From: Lama guanicoe
Lineage: Eukaryota
NCBI GenBank assembly: GCA_013239625.1
Contig: MU054212.1
Location: 1,302,001 to 1,366,000 of the forward strand
Reading direction: 5' to 3'
DNA length: 64,000 nucleotides
Positions 12,091 to 25,706 of the stretch are shown here, piece by piece. Numbering within the stretch: the stretch's first letter is position 1; the number at the start of each line of letters is the position of its first letter. The notes beneath the pieces were generated by a model. That model did no database searches and was not told the origin of the DNA. It worked only from the letters and a program-made list of their open reading frames with translations. The translations under genes and the position numbers were made by a program.

Positions 12091-14744
12091 GAAACCCTGC
12101 TAAAACATTAAAATAATTTTTTAAACAAAAAGAGCAGATATATCGATAAGCCAAACACATTACAGACTTCACACATGAAAGCTAGGCAAGTTAATAAAAA
12201 AAAATAACTTCAAGGGGAAAAAGTTAGAATTCAAAGTTGCTGCATTATAAAGGATGTCCAGTTTTCAATAAAAACTTGAGACATGAGAAGAAAGAGGGAA
12301 GAATGACCCATAGTCAGAAAAAAGCAAACTTTCAGTGGGCCTGTATGTTGAATTTAGCAGATTAAAAAGTATAAAGCTGCTATTGTAAATAAGTTCAAAA
12401 AGTTTACTACCCAGAGGAATAACGTGGTACACTAAATAGTATTTGTGTAACACAAGAGAAGGCAGTACAGGAGGAACAAAAAACCTGAGACACAGAAAAT
12501 GAATACAAAATAGAAGATATAAATCCAAAATTATTAATAATCAAATGTGAACAGACTAAACACTAAATCAAAAGGCAAAAATTTTCCGACTAGATAAAAA
12601 ACACACAACTGAATTATATGCTTCCAGCAAAAGACACACATTAGATTCAAAGACACAAGTTGAAAGCAAAAGGAAGGGAAAATATGTAATATAACCAGTA
12701 ACTGTAAGAGCTAGACTGGCTATATTAACACAAAATAAAATTCATGGTAAGAAATATTCCTGAAGGCAAAAAAAAGACATTTTATAATGATTTTAAAAAG
12801 GGTCAACACATCAGGAAGACATAGCCCATATAACATGTCCCACAAAATCCCACTGTAAATGGATATGCATCTAACAGAGCCAGACAATTCATCAGGCAAA
12901 ACCTGACAAAATTAAAAATACACAATTCAAGAATTATACTTGGAGACATCAACACTTCCCTCTTGGTATTTGGTAAAACAAACCGAAAATCAGGTAAGGA
13001 TAAGAGACTTGAGCAGCCCTATCACTAAACTTAACCTAATGTACATTTATAGAATACTCTGCCCCAAAATAGAATATATATTTTTTCAAGCACTCAAAGG
13101 GTATCATCCAGGATAGATCAAATGCAATATCGTCAAATAATTCCTAATAAAATAATTTAAAATACATTCTTCAATACATAATTCAAAGTAAGCTATCTGA
13201 TCATAAGGGAAATCAAATTAGAAATCAACAATGGAAAGAATTTTGGGAAATCTCCAAAGATTTGGCAAACAATATATTTCTATATTTCCATAAGAAGAAA
13301 TCACAAGAAAAATTAGAAGATCTCTTAAAATGAATGAAAACAAATATACAACATGTCAAAATTTACTGTATGCAGGTAAGAGGAAAATTTATAGCTTTAA
13401 ATGCCTCTGTTAAAGAACACAGAACTCAAAATAATCTTCACTTTAAAAAACAAAAAATAGAAAATTAAATGAAAAAGAAAAATAACAGAGCAGAAATCAA
13501 TGAAATAAACAGAAAAATTTTTTTTGAAAATCAATGAAATGTTGGTTCTTTGAAAAGATCAACAAAGTTGATAAACCTTTAGCCAAACTTAGGACAAAAA
13601 GAGAGAACACAAAAATTACCCAAATCAGAAATGAAACAGGGTTAACGTTACCAACCTTACAGATATGAAAATAATTACAGAAGAATATTATTAACAACCT
13701 CATGCCAACAGATTACACAACTTAGGTGAAATGGAAAAAACCTAGAAAGAAAAAAATAACCAAAACTGACTTAGGAAGTAGAAAATCTGAACAGATCTAT
13801 ATTAAACAATTAAATTAATCTAGTAATTTAAGATGTCACACACAAGCATAGATGATTTCACTGGTGAAGTGTATCAAATATTTAAGGAAGAAATAAAATC
13901 AATCTTTCACAAGCTATTTCAGAAAACAGAGGAGGAAAGAACATTTCCCAAGTCATTCTGAGGCCAGTATTACCCTGTTACCAAAGCCAAACATATCAAG
14001 AAAACTACAGAGCAGTATCTCTCATGAATACAGACCCCCAAAAATCCTTAAGAAATTAGAAAATAGAATCCAGCAACATATTAAAAATATTATTAACCAA
14101 TACCAAGTGAGATTTACACAGGAATGTAAAGTTGGTTTAACATCCCCAAATTAATGTATTATAACACATTAATAGATTAATGAACAAAAATCACATGATC
14201 ATCTCAAAAGACAGAGGAAAAGCAACTGACACCCATTCAGGATTAAAAACTCTCAATAAACCAGAAATAGAAGCAAACTTCCTAGCGTTAATAAAGGGCA
14301 TCTAAGAGAAACTTACAACTATCATACCTCCTGGAGCAATGGAAATGTTCTAAAACTGGATTGTGGTGACCACTGCACAACTGTGTACAAAAAAATCACT
14401 GAAATGTACACTAACAGCAAGTGAGTTTCATGCAATGTAAATTATTCCAGTAAAGGTGATTTTAAAAAGAAAGTCCAGGAGTTCTCCATCCCTGAAGTAC
14501 GCAAGCAGAGACTGAACAAGCTCCTATCAGGGACACTAGGGTGGGGGTCTCCATGACCTTCATACTTGACCCCACTGTCTGTCACTAAGAGTATGTGGCC
14601 TTTTGACCCACAGTGCTGGTTTATACATTTTTTTTTTTGGTGGCTTTTCCAAGTTGCTATTCCTAGGGTAGCAAAGGAGAAAACATTTGTGACTACTCTT
14701 CCAAATATTTCACTTGCAAATATTGAACAGAGAACATTTTTCAC

Positions 14745-14819
14745 CTTTCGTCCTGTAAAGGCAGCACGATGAAGTGGCGTGTCTCCCATGTCATTTAATA
14801 CATTTACTTCTGCACCAGC
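14745..14819 (-). CDS. OSBPL1A: OSBPL1A coding exon 3 (gene exon 4), AGAEVNVLNDMGDTPLHRAAFTGRK
   Basis: 75 nt, tag| acceptor and |gtgaa donor, phase 0 to 0. Ankyrin TPLH motif. Confidence 0.97.
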
Positions 14820-15680
14820 CTAGTAAACATGAAAGCTTTAAACACCTTCCACATATCAAGAAATATACAAAGGTGAAAATAATTCTCTAAAAAATACATT
14901 AAATATTTTAAAAATTAAAGTAACTGTTGAGACTGATTGTCACTATTAAAAATAAATTCAGTTCATAGTAAAACAGTAAGCTTCCTCAAAGGTAAAAATC
15001 TACCTGATAGGTAGAAAATAAAAAGCTACTTTTCATTCAAAGTCTATACACCCTTCAATTCATTCTACTCTAGAAGCACTCATATTGAAAAAAGGAGAAC
15101 TGTTTCTCTGAATAAAATAGCATATTTTCTCCACCACTGTAAGTTTAACGGGAAAAAAAGAAAAGGATGCCACTATTTAAATGGTGGAGGAGCTGGAGGT
15201 TTACTGGCTGCCCTCAGCTCCTGAATTTCAGGTTTTGAGTTACTGGATCAGTGTTAAGATGCAACCCAATTTCAAAAATATCAGTACGTGGAAACTTATT
15301 CATCAGAATTGAGAAGTGAGTTCTTAAATTACATGGAGCTCACTAAGAGATTCTGACATTATTTTTGAACTACACAGTATGTGCTTTGGCAATTTTTTTT
15401 TAACTTATGCTCAAAAAATAACATAGTATCTTCATTAACTCGTATGTCCATTTTTGCAACTGTAAAAAGTCAATCATGTAAAAGTCAAATGATTGATAGA
15501 ACAATTGTAGCTAATCAGGCTAAACTAATTCATATGTTTCGCAAAGTATTAAGTGTCTTTAGTGATCAGCGATTACTTTAAATAGGCCATTAAGGCTCAG
15601 ATGGCTTTTCTAAGACTTTCATAATTTTCCTATTAGCAATATTTATTTTATTCATTTAAAAACTAAAGCCATAAATATAC

Positions 15681-15766
15681 CTTTAAGAGATCCTGGACCA
15701 CTTGTCTATGTCCAAAATAGCATGCCAGATGAAGAGGTGTCCAACCCAAATTAGACTTACTTCTCC
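15681..15766 (-). CDS. OSBPL1A: OSBPL1A coding exon 2 (gene exon 3), (G)RSKSNLGWTPLHLACYFGHRQVVQDLLK
   Basis: 86 nt, tttttgtag| acceptor and |gtatat donor, phase 1 to 0. Ankyrin TPLH motif. Confidence 0.97.
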
Positions 15767-16759
15767 CTACAAAAATGGAAAGAAGTATTTTTAGATGTTA
15801 TTTAGGTAATTTTACAATAAAGTTAATTTCTCCCTAGTATGCTGCACCAATCCAGTGGACAGCGGCTCCCTTCACTGCTGATGAATGTGAGACTAACACA
15901 TGTTCTGAGTGTAATGGAGCAGAACTCACAAGACCCAGATTCTGGTGCCATATTCCTAATTCAACGGCCTCATGTCTGAAAGGGTGAAAGGAGACATGAT
16001 AGCGGTTACATTCAAACTGGATGAGTTCTAGTAGCCTGTGGCTCTAAGGTGCTGAGTGTCTAACCATCTTGCCATCGTTCAGCAAAGATGTGATTCCCTC
16101 GGCACAGTATTTCATGAAAAGCTCCTCTTCTTGAAAATCTGTCCCATTAGGAGGGTGGGTAGGAAGGGGGAACTTGGAATGACTCTTTCCTGCAGCATTT
16201 GGAAAGCCATTAGTGCTGCAGAAAGGGACAGGAAATGGGAGTCCTGACTTCAGATAAAACCTCAGGTAATGAGGCTAAGGGTTACCAGGGTGGTTGAGTC
16301 CAATTAGACAGCAAGAACCAAAACTAAAAGCAACGAAATGTCAGGTCCCAGCTGAGGAGAGGTATAAAACGACTGAGTGTGGTAAAAACGAGCGATGTAA
16401 TTCAATTTAGGGAAATAAAATGAGGGCACTATAGCTTACAGCTGAGATAGTGTCAGAAGGTTACCAAAATTTCCCATCAGGCTTGAAAGAATACAGCCTC
16501 TCAAAGTCCCAAAGCCCACCACCCTGGAGGGTCTACCAGAGCCCAGGAGAAATCCTTGGGAGGAGCTGGAGGTTTAAGGGTTGTGCTCAGCTCCTGGATT
16601 TCAAGTCTGAGGCCAACAGAAAGCCCGGCCACCAGCCTCAGGGCACCCAGAATAGGCCTCTAACAGCTTCCGGAGGGACTGCCATCGCCAGCCGTGTCCC
16701 TGTGATTGTTTGCCATTTACCTAAACTCCCACAATATTCCCTGTCACATGTGTAATCCC

Positions 16760-17700
16760 ACAGGCAATATGTCCTAGAGCCTTGGTCCATTTCATGGAAC
16801 ATTTCTCTTTACCCTCTGGTCCTTCACTGAAACCTATCTCCTCCTGACGACACTGATTCTCCTTTATCCCGAGGGGAGCCTCCCAGTACCCACACACCCC
16901 TGGTCCTCACAGCACAGAAGCCAGGTGAGTCTCCGCATCAAAACCTAGCGCAATCTTTGGTCACTGACTTCACTCACATTTCAACCCCTCGTTTGAGGCT
17001 TCCCCATTAAGCCACAGCCACACCTCCCTCAAATGCCTTCTCTCCTGCCATCTACCAGCCTCCCAGTGGCTCCCCTCTCACCAGTTAACTCTGGGCAACA
17101 CAGTCTTTCTCCCTGAGGCAAATCCTGCCACCATTCTAGGTGTGTCTCCTACTGTCCAGTCTCCTGGTGACTCAGGTTCTCAGCTTCCTCCGCTACCCCA
17201 CAAATTTGGCCTCTGCTCAACGGTGGGTACCCAGTCTCAGAGCCAGAGCCTCGATGTCACCGTCATGTCTGAACTCGGACACAGAAAGCCCACTTTCCCA
17301 GAGTCCTCATTTTCCAACTTGTTCACACAGATAAAGCCCCAGACACGCTCTTCAACTTAATCAACCCTCCAGTTCCTTAATCACTTCTCTTGTATGTAAA
17401 TTCCCCCACCATCTTCACTTCCATCAATAAATCCAGCATCTATTTCTTGATTCCTTTTAACATTTCTTTGCCAATATCCTATCTTTGTCACAGAAGCCTA
17501 GAAAAACCCCAAAGCCTGGTAATACATTCGCTCAATTTTTCTATAACCGCAGCTAGGTTGCTAAACGGTGGAAGAAAAAACACAGAACTTTGTGGATTCA
17601 TGGCTCCAAAAAATTCAGATCTCATACTCCAGCTAAGTCTTGATCATGACTGGCGATCCTTTCCGAGGTGCCCTGGGCTTGGTGCTAGACAGGGTTGCAA
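16760..17700 (+). mobile_element. Degenerate L2-like fragments
   Basis: Pyrimidine-rich segments resembling L2 ORF2 (cactgaaacctatctcctcctgacgacact...). Confidence 0.5.
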
Positions 17701-18764
17701 TGCTTTCACTTGTTAGATAGAAGAGACACAAATGTTTAGTTGCTCCTCCCTATTTGCAACTAAAGAGGGAGAGGCTGAAGATAAAGGAGAAAAAGGAAAG
17801 CCTAGGAAGCAGGAGGGCCTGGAATCCAAGATACAGGAGGCATGATTATCGTGAGACCTCAGGAAGAGAGGATAAAAGGGAGCCTGTGGGTAGAACTGGT
17901 GCCAGGCAGCCCAGGGAATTCTGTGAAAGCTTCTCTTTTTGTGTGAGGCTAAGACAGGAGATGATTTGTTAAGGGGGAGGCGTCTGGTAAGAGGGTTGAG
18001 GAGAATAGTAAAGGACTGACACAGCTGTGCGGGAGTACAGGGGGCATGTGAACAGGGCACCGTGGAGAGGATCCCAGGGGCTGCTACCTCCTGACCTGGC
18101 CTTATCCCTCAGCCCTCCTGCCTGCAAGCCCTTGCCATCTGCACTGCTTTTCATCTCAGGACCTGGTACATGGCCTGTCTTCTGCCTTCCTTGAACCATT
18201 TTCTTCTCTATTTTCACCTGGTTAAGTCTACACAGCTTCATTTATCACCTTGGTATCATCTCCACCAAGCAGCTAAATTACTCCAGGTTCCAGTTCCACA
18301 TCTCTGTGTCTCGTCACATCCTGCACGTCCACATCTTCCATATGTTGGTCCACGTTGTGTAAGGAGGACAAGTCTGATCTAGTCATCGACTGCTCTAGTC
18401 TCAGCAAGGGCAGGAATTCTGACATCTCCAAGGCACTTTACATGACTCTGGGTGTACAATAAACACTTAAACCTGTTGCTACAACTACAGTATCTTTGAG
18501 AAGAAAAAATCATCATAGCATGCATCCTGTGGACTCAAGGTCACCCTTGTAGGTCTCATGGTTTGGGATCCATGACAGTTTTAAAGACTGGATCTCAATT
18601 TCTCTGACTCAGAGGGAAGTAGGAGAGGACCCACCCTTAAGGGGGTTCTTTTTAAAGTAAGAGATGGAAATTTATTACAAGCAAGATCAGAAAGATTAGT
18701 ACTAAATAAATGATAAAATAGGGCATACTCACAAGAAAAGCTATAAAATTCATTCAAAGCTTAC

Positions 18765-18885
18765 CTTTGCAATTAATGTCAGCAATGATCTCGTTCCTTC
18801 CCATAGTTTCTAGCAGCTGTCTCACCTCTTCAGCGTTGCCATTTCTGGCATGATGGAGCAGCTGTTGCTCTGCTTCTGTGTTCAT
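18765..18885 (-). CDS. OSBPL1A: OSBPL1A first coding exon (gene exon 2, 18887-18765), MNTEAEQQLLHHARNGNAEEVRQLLETMGRNEIIADINCK(G)
   Basis: ttttcaatctag|aaATG acceptor, 121 coding nt, aag|gtaagc donor. N-terminus matches remembered human ORP1L (MNTEAEQQLLHHARNGNAEEVRQLLETM). Confidence 0.97.
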
Positions 18886-19749
18886 TTCTAGATTGAAAAA
18901 AAAAAAGTAACATTGCTATTATCTAAGAATATAGTTTGCTTTTGGATATTATCTACTAATACACAAAGGGAAAAAAATCATCATAATTTTGTAGCTAACA
19001 AGACAGACAAAAGAACTGATTAAACGAGTCAGCTGCAGGGCCAAAACTTGACCCTGAGACTCTTTGTTCACTATATTATATACTGAAGAAGTGCACTAGA
19101 CATTTGGGCAAGTTTCTTACTCTCTCAAAGCCTGTCTCCTCATCTACAAAATAGAATCAACCTCATGAGCTGCTGCAAGATTGTGTCTGAAAGCATTCCA
19201 CTAAAAACAAAGTATTTTGTAAATAGTTATTGGTACAACTTTAATAACTAGACAGAAAGCTGAAATATGGTAATTCATACAAAAGTATTAGTCTTTTGTA
19301 AATTAATGTAAATTAATGGATTAAAAATAGTTAAGAAAATAATTACAGATAATTATCCTGGAGTGACCACACTTAAAAATAAATCCTCATACTTTCTTAC
19401 CAAGCCTAAAGCCAACTATAGAGGACTATAACCAAATTTAATGCATTGATGTCAAAGTGTAGTGAACAGCAGTTTCCAGAAAAAATACAAATTTCTTTCA
19501 CCCTAATAATTAAATGCAAATAAATCAAAATGATTCTTTTTGCCTACTTGATTAGTAAAAATTAAAAAAAATTAAACATACCAAATGCTGGGATGGACAG
19601 AAAATGTGTACTCCAGTAAACTGCTAATAATATTATGCATATTATATATTAACATGCATACAATCCTTCATATGTTGTAGGAGGAAAGGCAACAATTTGA
19701 CAAGATCAAAGAATTTCAAAATATACATGCACCTAGGGAGCATTCTGGG

Positions 19750-20810
19750 AGATGGCCAAGTAACTGTCTCCCCTCCTACATGGCAACTGCACTGGCAGAA
19801 TCCGTCTGATGTAACTACTTGGGAACTCTGGAACCTACTGAAGATTTGCAACTACCAGAGAAGACTTGGAAGATAAATTGCCATTAATTTATGTCAATTT
19901 CAGCTCTTAGCAGGGTAGAAGTTCCCATCTTCCACCCCACAGCCACCTGGCAGACACCTGTACCTGTGTTCCTGGTGCAGCCTGCTGGAGCCAGGGTCAG
20001 CAAAAAGGACCCTTTCCTCCAAATACTGGGAAGCTGGGCTCAGATCACTGTTTGCTGCTTCTGATCACAGAAGTGCAAAGAAGTGGGCAGCCACTGCTGT
20101 TGCACCTGGTCTCCTTGATGCAAGCCTCTCCAATGGGCTGGACCACTAGGGGATTTAAAGGGCCAGCACTCTTTTTTGTTCCCCTATTCATTTTTCTATT
20201 TTCCCCTTAATTTTCCTGTGTTAAAGACTAGGACATTCACAAACAACTGCATATAGGGGGAGAATCTACAATGTGACTGCTCATGCTCACCAAAAGGCTC
20301 AAAAAAGACATGAGAAGGCCTTAAGTTTACACCCATGCTGGCCCTCAGCAGAGAGACAGTCTACAATCAAAAACTAAAACTAAAACTTAGCAAATCCTGG
20401 AGAAGAGTGAGAATCTGATTTCTAGAGTTACTACTTTAGATTCAAATGTCCAATTTTCAGTGACAACAACAAAAAAAAAATCACAAGGCTTACAAAGAGA
20501 CAGGGAAAACAGGGGCCATTCAATGGAAAAATTAATCAGCAGAAACTGTCCCTGAAAAATGGATGGCAGATGTACCAATGGCTTTAAAACAACTGTCTTA
20601 ACAATGCTCAGAGAACTAGATACAGACAAAATCAAGAAAATGTATAAACAAAACAAAAATAAAGAGACAGAAAGCCTAAGATGAAAAAGAAGTTTTGCAG
20701 CTGAAAAGTACAACTGAAATAGAAAATTCACTTGAGGGTTTCAAATGCAGATTTAAGCAGGCAGAAAATTCAGTGAACTTGAAGACAGGACAATGGAAAT
20801 TATCAAGTCT
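19750..20810 (+). mobile_element. Old L1 5' region/ORF1 start
   Basis: ORF1-like ctgaaaagtacaactgaaatagaaaattcacttgagggtttcaaatgcagattt preceded by an L1M 5'-like segment. Confidence 0.7.
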
Positions 20811-20813
20811 GAG

Positions 20814-22175
20814 AACAATCTCTTCAGCAAGTGCCATTGGGAAAGCTGGACAGCTGCATATAAATCAATCAAGTTAGAACTCTCATACCATTCATAAAAA
20901 TTAACTCAGAATGGCCTAAAGACTTAAATATCACACATGACACCATAAAACTCCTAGAAGAGAACACAGGCAAAACATTCTCTGATATAAATTGTAGCAG
21001 TTCTTCCCTAGGTCAGTCTCCCGGGGCACTAGAAATAAAAGCAAAAATAGACAAATGAGAAAGAATTAAACTTACAAGCTTCTGCACAGCAAAGGAAACC
21101 ATAAATAAAAGGAAAAGACAACCTACGGACAGGGAGAAAATACTGGCCAACAATGCAACCAACAAGTGCTTAATTTCCAGAATATACAAACAGCTCATAC
21201 AATTCAATAACGAAAAAACAAACAACCCCATACAAAAATGGGCAGATCTAAATAGACATTTCTCCAAAGAGGACATATAGGTGGCCAACAGGCACATGAA
21301 TAGATGCTCAACATTGCTAATTATTAGAGAAATGCAAATCAAAACTACACTGAGGTATTGCCCCACAGCAGTCAGAATGGCTATCATTAAAAAGTCTAGC
21401 AATAACAAATGCTGGAGAAGGTGTGGAGAAAAGGGAACCCTCCTACACTGTTGGCGGGAATGTAATCTGGTGCAGCCACTTTGGAGAACAATACGGAGGT
21501 TCTTTAAAAAAACTAAAAAAGAGTTGCCATATGATTCAGCAATCCCACTCCTGGAAATATATCCAGATAAAACTCAAGTTTGAAAAGATACATGCACCCC
21601 AGTGTTCATAGCAGCACTATTTACAACAGCCAAGACACAGAAGCAACCTAAATGTCCATCAACAGATGAATGGATAAAGATGTGGTGTACGTGTATACTA
21701 CTTAGCCATAAAAATAAAGAATGAAATAATGCTATTTGCAGCAACATAGATGGACCTAGAGATTATCACAGTAAGTCAGGAAGAAAAAGACATATACCAT
21801 ATTATATCACTTATATGTTGTGGAATCTAAAATATGATACAAATGAACTTATTTACAGAATAGAAACAGACACATAGACTCCACAGACTTAGAAAACAAA
21901 CCTATGGTTACCAAAGAGAAAGGGGGTGGGAGAGGAATAAATTAGGAGTTTGGGCTTAGCAGATACAAATGACCATACATAAAATAGATAAACTACAAGG
22001 TCCTACTGTATAGCACAGGGAACTATATTCAACATACTGTAATAAATCATAATGGAAAAGGATACAAAGAAGCATATATGTGTGTATAACCGAATCACTC
22101 TGCTGTACACTAGAAACTAACAAAACATTGTAAATCAACTATACTTCAATAAAAAAATTTAAATTTTTAAAAAAA
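20814..22175 (+). mobile_element. Younger L1 3' portion (ORF2 C-terminus, 3' UTR, A tail)
   Basis: ORF 21281-21583 gives IREMQIKTT...[18 protein letters not shown] (ORF2 cysteine-rich domain). aataaa/A tail at ~22148-22175. Confidence 0.92.
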
Positions 22176-22179
22176 CAGT

Positions 22180-24140
22180 CCATAAAATAGGTAGGAAACA
22201 GGGGGAAAAAAGACCTAAAAACAATCACATAATTTTGCAACTTAAGAAATTAGAAAAAGAATAAATTAAACCCAAAGCTAGCAGAATGAAGAAACTACAA
22301 GCATACATCACTTTATTGTACTTTATTGCACTTTGCAGATGCTATATTTTCCACAAATTGAAAGTCTGTGGCAAATCTGTGCTGAGCATGTCTATTGCTC
22401 CATTTTTCCAACAGCATTATTTTTCAATTAAGGTATGTACATTTTTATAGACATAATTTTATTCCACACTTAATAGACCACAGTATAATATAATCATAAC
22501 TTGTACATGCACTGTGAAACCAAAAGATTCATGTGACTTGTTTTATTGTGATATTCACTTTATTGTGGTGGTCTGGATCCAAACCTGCAGTATCTCTGAG
22601 GTATTCCCATAATAAGGACCAAGGCAGAGATAAAACAGAATAGAAAAACAATAGAGAAAAATTAATGAAACCAAAATCTGGTTCTTTAAAAAGATCGACC
22701 AAATTGACAAACCTTTAGCTAAATTAAGAAAAAAAGGGAGAAGACTCAAATTACCAAAATCAGAAATGAAAGCAGGGACGTTACTATCAATTCTATAGAA
22801 TAAAAAGCATTATAAGAGTACTGTGAACTATGCACAAAATTGAATAACCTAAATAAAATGAACTAAATAAAATATTCCTAGAAACAAGAAACTTACCCAG
22901 ATTAAATCATGAAAAAATAGAGAATCTGAAAAGAACCGTAACAGGTAAAGAGATTGAATTAAAAATCAAAAATCTCCCAAAAGAGAATCTCCCTGGACTT
23001 GACTGCTTCACTAGAGAATTCTATCCAACAATTAAAGAAGACTTTATACTAACCCTTCTCAAATTTTTCCAAAATTGAAGAGAACACTTTGCAACTCATT
23101 CCATGAGGCCAGCATTACTCTGACACCAAAGCCAGAAAAGGACACAAGAAAACTACAGACCGATATCTCTTATGAACACTGATGCAAAAATTCTCAACAA
23201 AATACTAGCAAACCAATTTTAGCAGCATATTAAAAAGGAATATACATCACGACCAATAAGATTTATTCCTAGAATACATGGATGGTTCAACATACGAAAG
23301 TTCATCAACGTAATACACCACAATGGAATGAAGGGGGAAAAAACACACATGATCTTCCCAACTGATACAGAAAAAGTATATGACAAAATTCAACAACCTT
23401 TCATGATAAAAACACTCAAAAAACAAGGATAGAGTTTATTTTTCAACATAATAAAAGCCATATATGAAAAACCCACAGCAAACATTTTCAACAGTGAAAA
23501 ATTAGAGCTTTCCCTCTATGACGAGGAACAAGGGAAGAATGCTCGCTTTTACCTGTTTTATTCAACAGTATACTGGAACTTCTAGTTAAAGGAATTAGGC
23601 AAGAAAAAAAAAAAGGCATCCAAATTTTAAGGGAAGAAGTAAAATAATCTGTTTGCAAATGCTATGATTGTATAAGTATACAACTCTAAAGAAGCCATTA
23701 AAAAAAAAGCTGTTAAAAATAACAAATGTAGTCAGGAAAGATTCCATAAAGTATGAGGATAAAAAGAAAACACAAAAATCAGTTGCATTTCCATACACTA
23801 ACAATAAACAATTTGGAAAGGAAATCACAAAAACAATTCCATTTAAAATAGTGTCCAAAAGAATAAAATACTTGAGTTAACTTTATCAGTGAGGTAAAGG
23901 ACTTGTACATTGTAATCTCAAATACTGCAAAAGAAATGAAATGAGACATAAATAAACACACATCCCATATTCATGGACTGGAAGATTTAACATTGTTAAA
24001 ATGTCAATTCTACCCAAAGAGATCTACCGACTCATTGTAATCCCTACCAAAATCCCAATGCTGTGTTTTTCAGAAATAGAAAAACTCATTCTAAAATTCA
24101 TATGGAATCTTAAAGGGCCACAAACAATCTTTAAAACAGC
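22180..24140 (+). mobile_element. Old L1 ORF2 (RT region) relic
   Basis: gaggccagcattactctgacaccaaagccag; gatgcaaaaattctcaacaaaatactagcaaac; KSVAFPYTNN. Confidence 0.9.
22298..22609 (+). mobile_element. Non-autonomous Tigger1 derivative (TcMar)
   Basis: TA-flanked. Left end caagcatacatcactttattg and right end ctttattgtggtggtctggatccaaacctgcagtatctctgaggtattccca match remembered Tigger1 termini. Confidence 0.85.
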
Positions 24141-24151
24141 CAAAAGTCAAA

Positions 24152-24654
24152 TGTAACTGTAAAAGGGAAGAACAAATCTGACTCTATATTGGATCTGTTT
24201 CTTTTACTTTGTATTCTACTGCTTTTGGTACAAGTTAATCACTAAAGGGATGTTGCCTGTAGCTTAAAGTACACATAATGGCCCACCTCGGGGAAACCTA
24301 TCTCCCATGCAGTGAGGGTAAGCAAAAATATCTTTGTTTAGCTCGCCGGAAACAACCTGACCAGGCCTAGCAGTGAAAGGCTGCAGGAAAGAAATTAACA
24401 CACCCTCTTCAGAGTCTGACCAGAACCAGGAAATACTGCAGTAACGTATCGCCTTTTTCACTCACCTCCTCCTCTTTGTTCTATTAAAGAAACTAGCATC
24501 CAAATCCAGGCAAGATGGTTCTTTGAGATGCTAGTCCACCATCTTCTTGGTCTGCTGGCTTTCCAAATAAAGTTGCTATACCTTGCCCCAATAATTTGTC
24601 TCTTGATTTATTGACCTGTTGTGTGGCGAGCAGTATAAGCTTGGACTCGTAACA
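24152..24654 (+). mobile_element. ERV1-class solo LTR (MER34/MER39-like)
   Basis: TG...CA termini (tgtaac ... ggactcgtaaca), internal aataaa at ~24566, ~500 bp. Confidence 0.75.
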
Positions 24655-24661
24655 TAATTTC

Positions 24662-24790
24662 TAGTCAGCCCTCTATCCCAGATTCAACCAACCATGGATC
24701 ATGCAGTATTGTAGTATTTACTACTTTTTTTTTAAATCCACATATAAGTGACCCCATGCAGTTCAAACCCATGTTGTTCAAGGGTCAAGG
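24662..24790. mobile_element. MER8-like Tigger MITE fragment
   Basis: gattcaaccaaccatggatc and gcagttcaaacccatgttgttcaagggtcaa. Confidence 0.75.
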
Positions 24791-25000
24791 TACTGTATGA
24801 TTTCACTTGCATGAGGCACTTAAGAGTACTCATACTCACAGAGAAAGTAGAACAGTAGTTGCCAGGGGCTTGGGGGAGAGGGGCATGGGGAGTTACTGCT
24901 TATTGGCCATAAAGTTTCAGTTTTACAAGAAGAAAAGGGTTATGAAGATGGATGGTGGTGATGGCTGCACAACGCTGTGTTTAATACCACTGAGCTGTAC
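24791..25000 (+). mobile_element. L1MB-type 3' end
   Basis: agagaaagtagaacagtagttgccaggggct...gatggtggtgatggctgcacaac. Confidence 0.8.
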
Positions 25001-25706
25001 ACTTCAGCCGTGTGCCTGGCTTGCATCTCATCCATACTTGGATTGTCTGGGCTTTGTGCTAATCACATTCCTGCATGTCCTTGTCTTGCCGCCCGATCAG
25101 CTGAGCGTACTCATGCCCTCCTCACAAGCATTCAGCGTCCACCTATCCCTGAGAACTAGAGGTGGGCTTCTGTGAGCTCAGAAGCAGAACAGGAAGAGCA
25201 GTCTGCTCCCCAAAAAACTCCTCCCAGCCAGGGAAGGGCCCAGAACCTGGCTCCTTCAGAGCCCTGTCAGACAACCAGCTCTGGTCCCAGCACACACTCG
25301 GGGCCCCTTGAAAGGGCTCTTCTAGACTCTCAGGGAAGCCAAACTCAGACCAACCCAGAGAGTGATATTCAGACTTTCAGTGCAAATTTTCCTGGAAAAC
25401 TTCTTCTAACAGTGACCATAATGTCCTTTCTTCACACAGTTTGTTAAGCGGTGTTTATTCTAATTCACCTCTGCATTCATTTATGTGTGCATACTTACTC
25501 AAGTAATAAAACACTTGACTACTCATCTTAAAAGTTTACCAATACTTAAATTTATTGTAGCCCTATCATAAAGCAAAAAAGTTAAACAATGTCCATTGAC
25601 AAAGGTTTATTCATATAATTGAATACTATGAAACCATTAAAAAGGTTATAAAAGAATTTCTAAAACTATGGAATTGCAATGTATTGTTAAGTCCGATGGT
25701 TCCAAA

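Larger units (their letters stand above)
10560..14465 (+). mobile_element. Old L1 (L1M-type) relic, interrupted by two MaLR LTRs
   Basis: A-rich ORF2 endonuclease/RT-like segments (ggagacatcaacacttccc; ttctttgaaaagatcaacaaagttgataaacc; tgaggccagtattaccctg) and an L1M 3' end at 14330-14465. Confidence 0.85.

Noticed and set aside
21013..21611. 100-131 aa ORFs
   Set aside because: L1 ORF2 C-terminal fragment and its antisense frame, not host genes.
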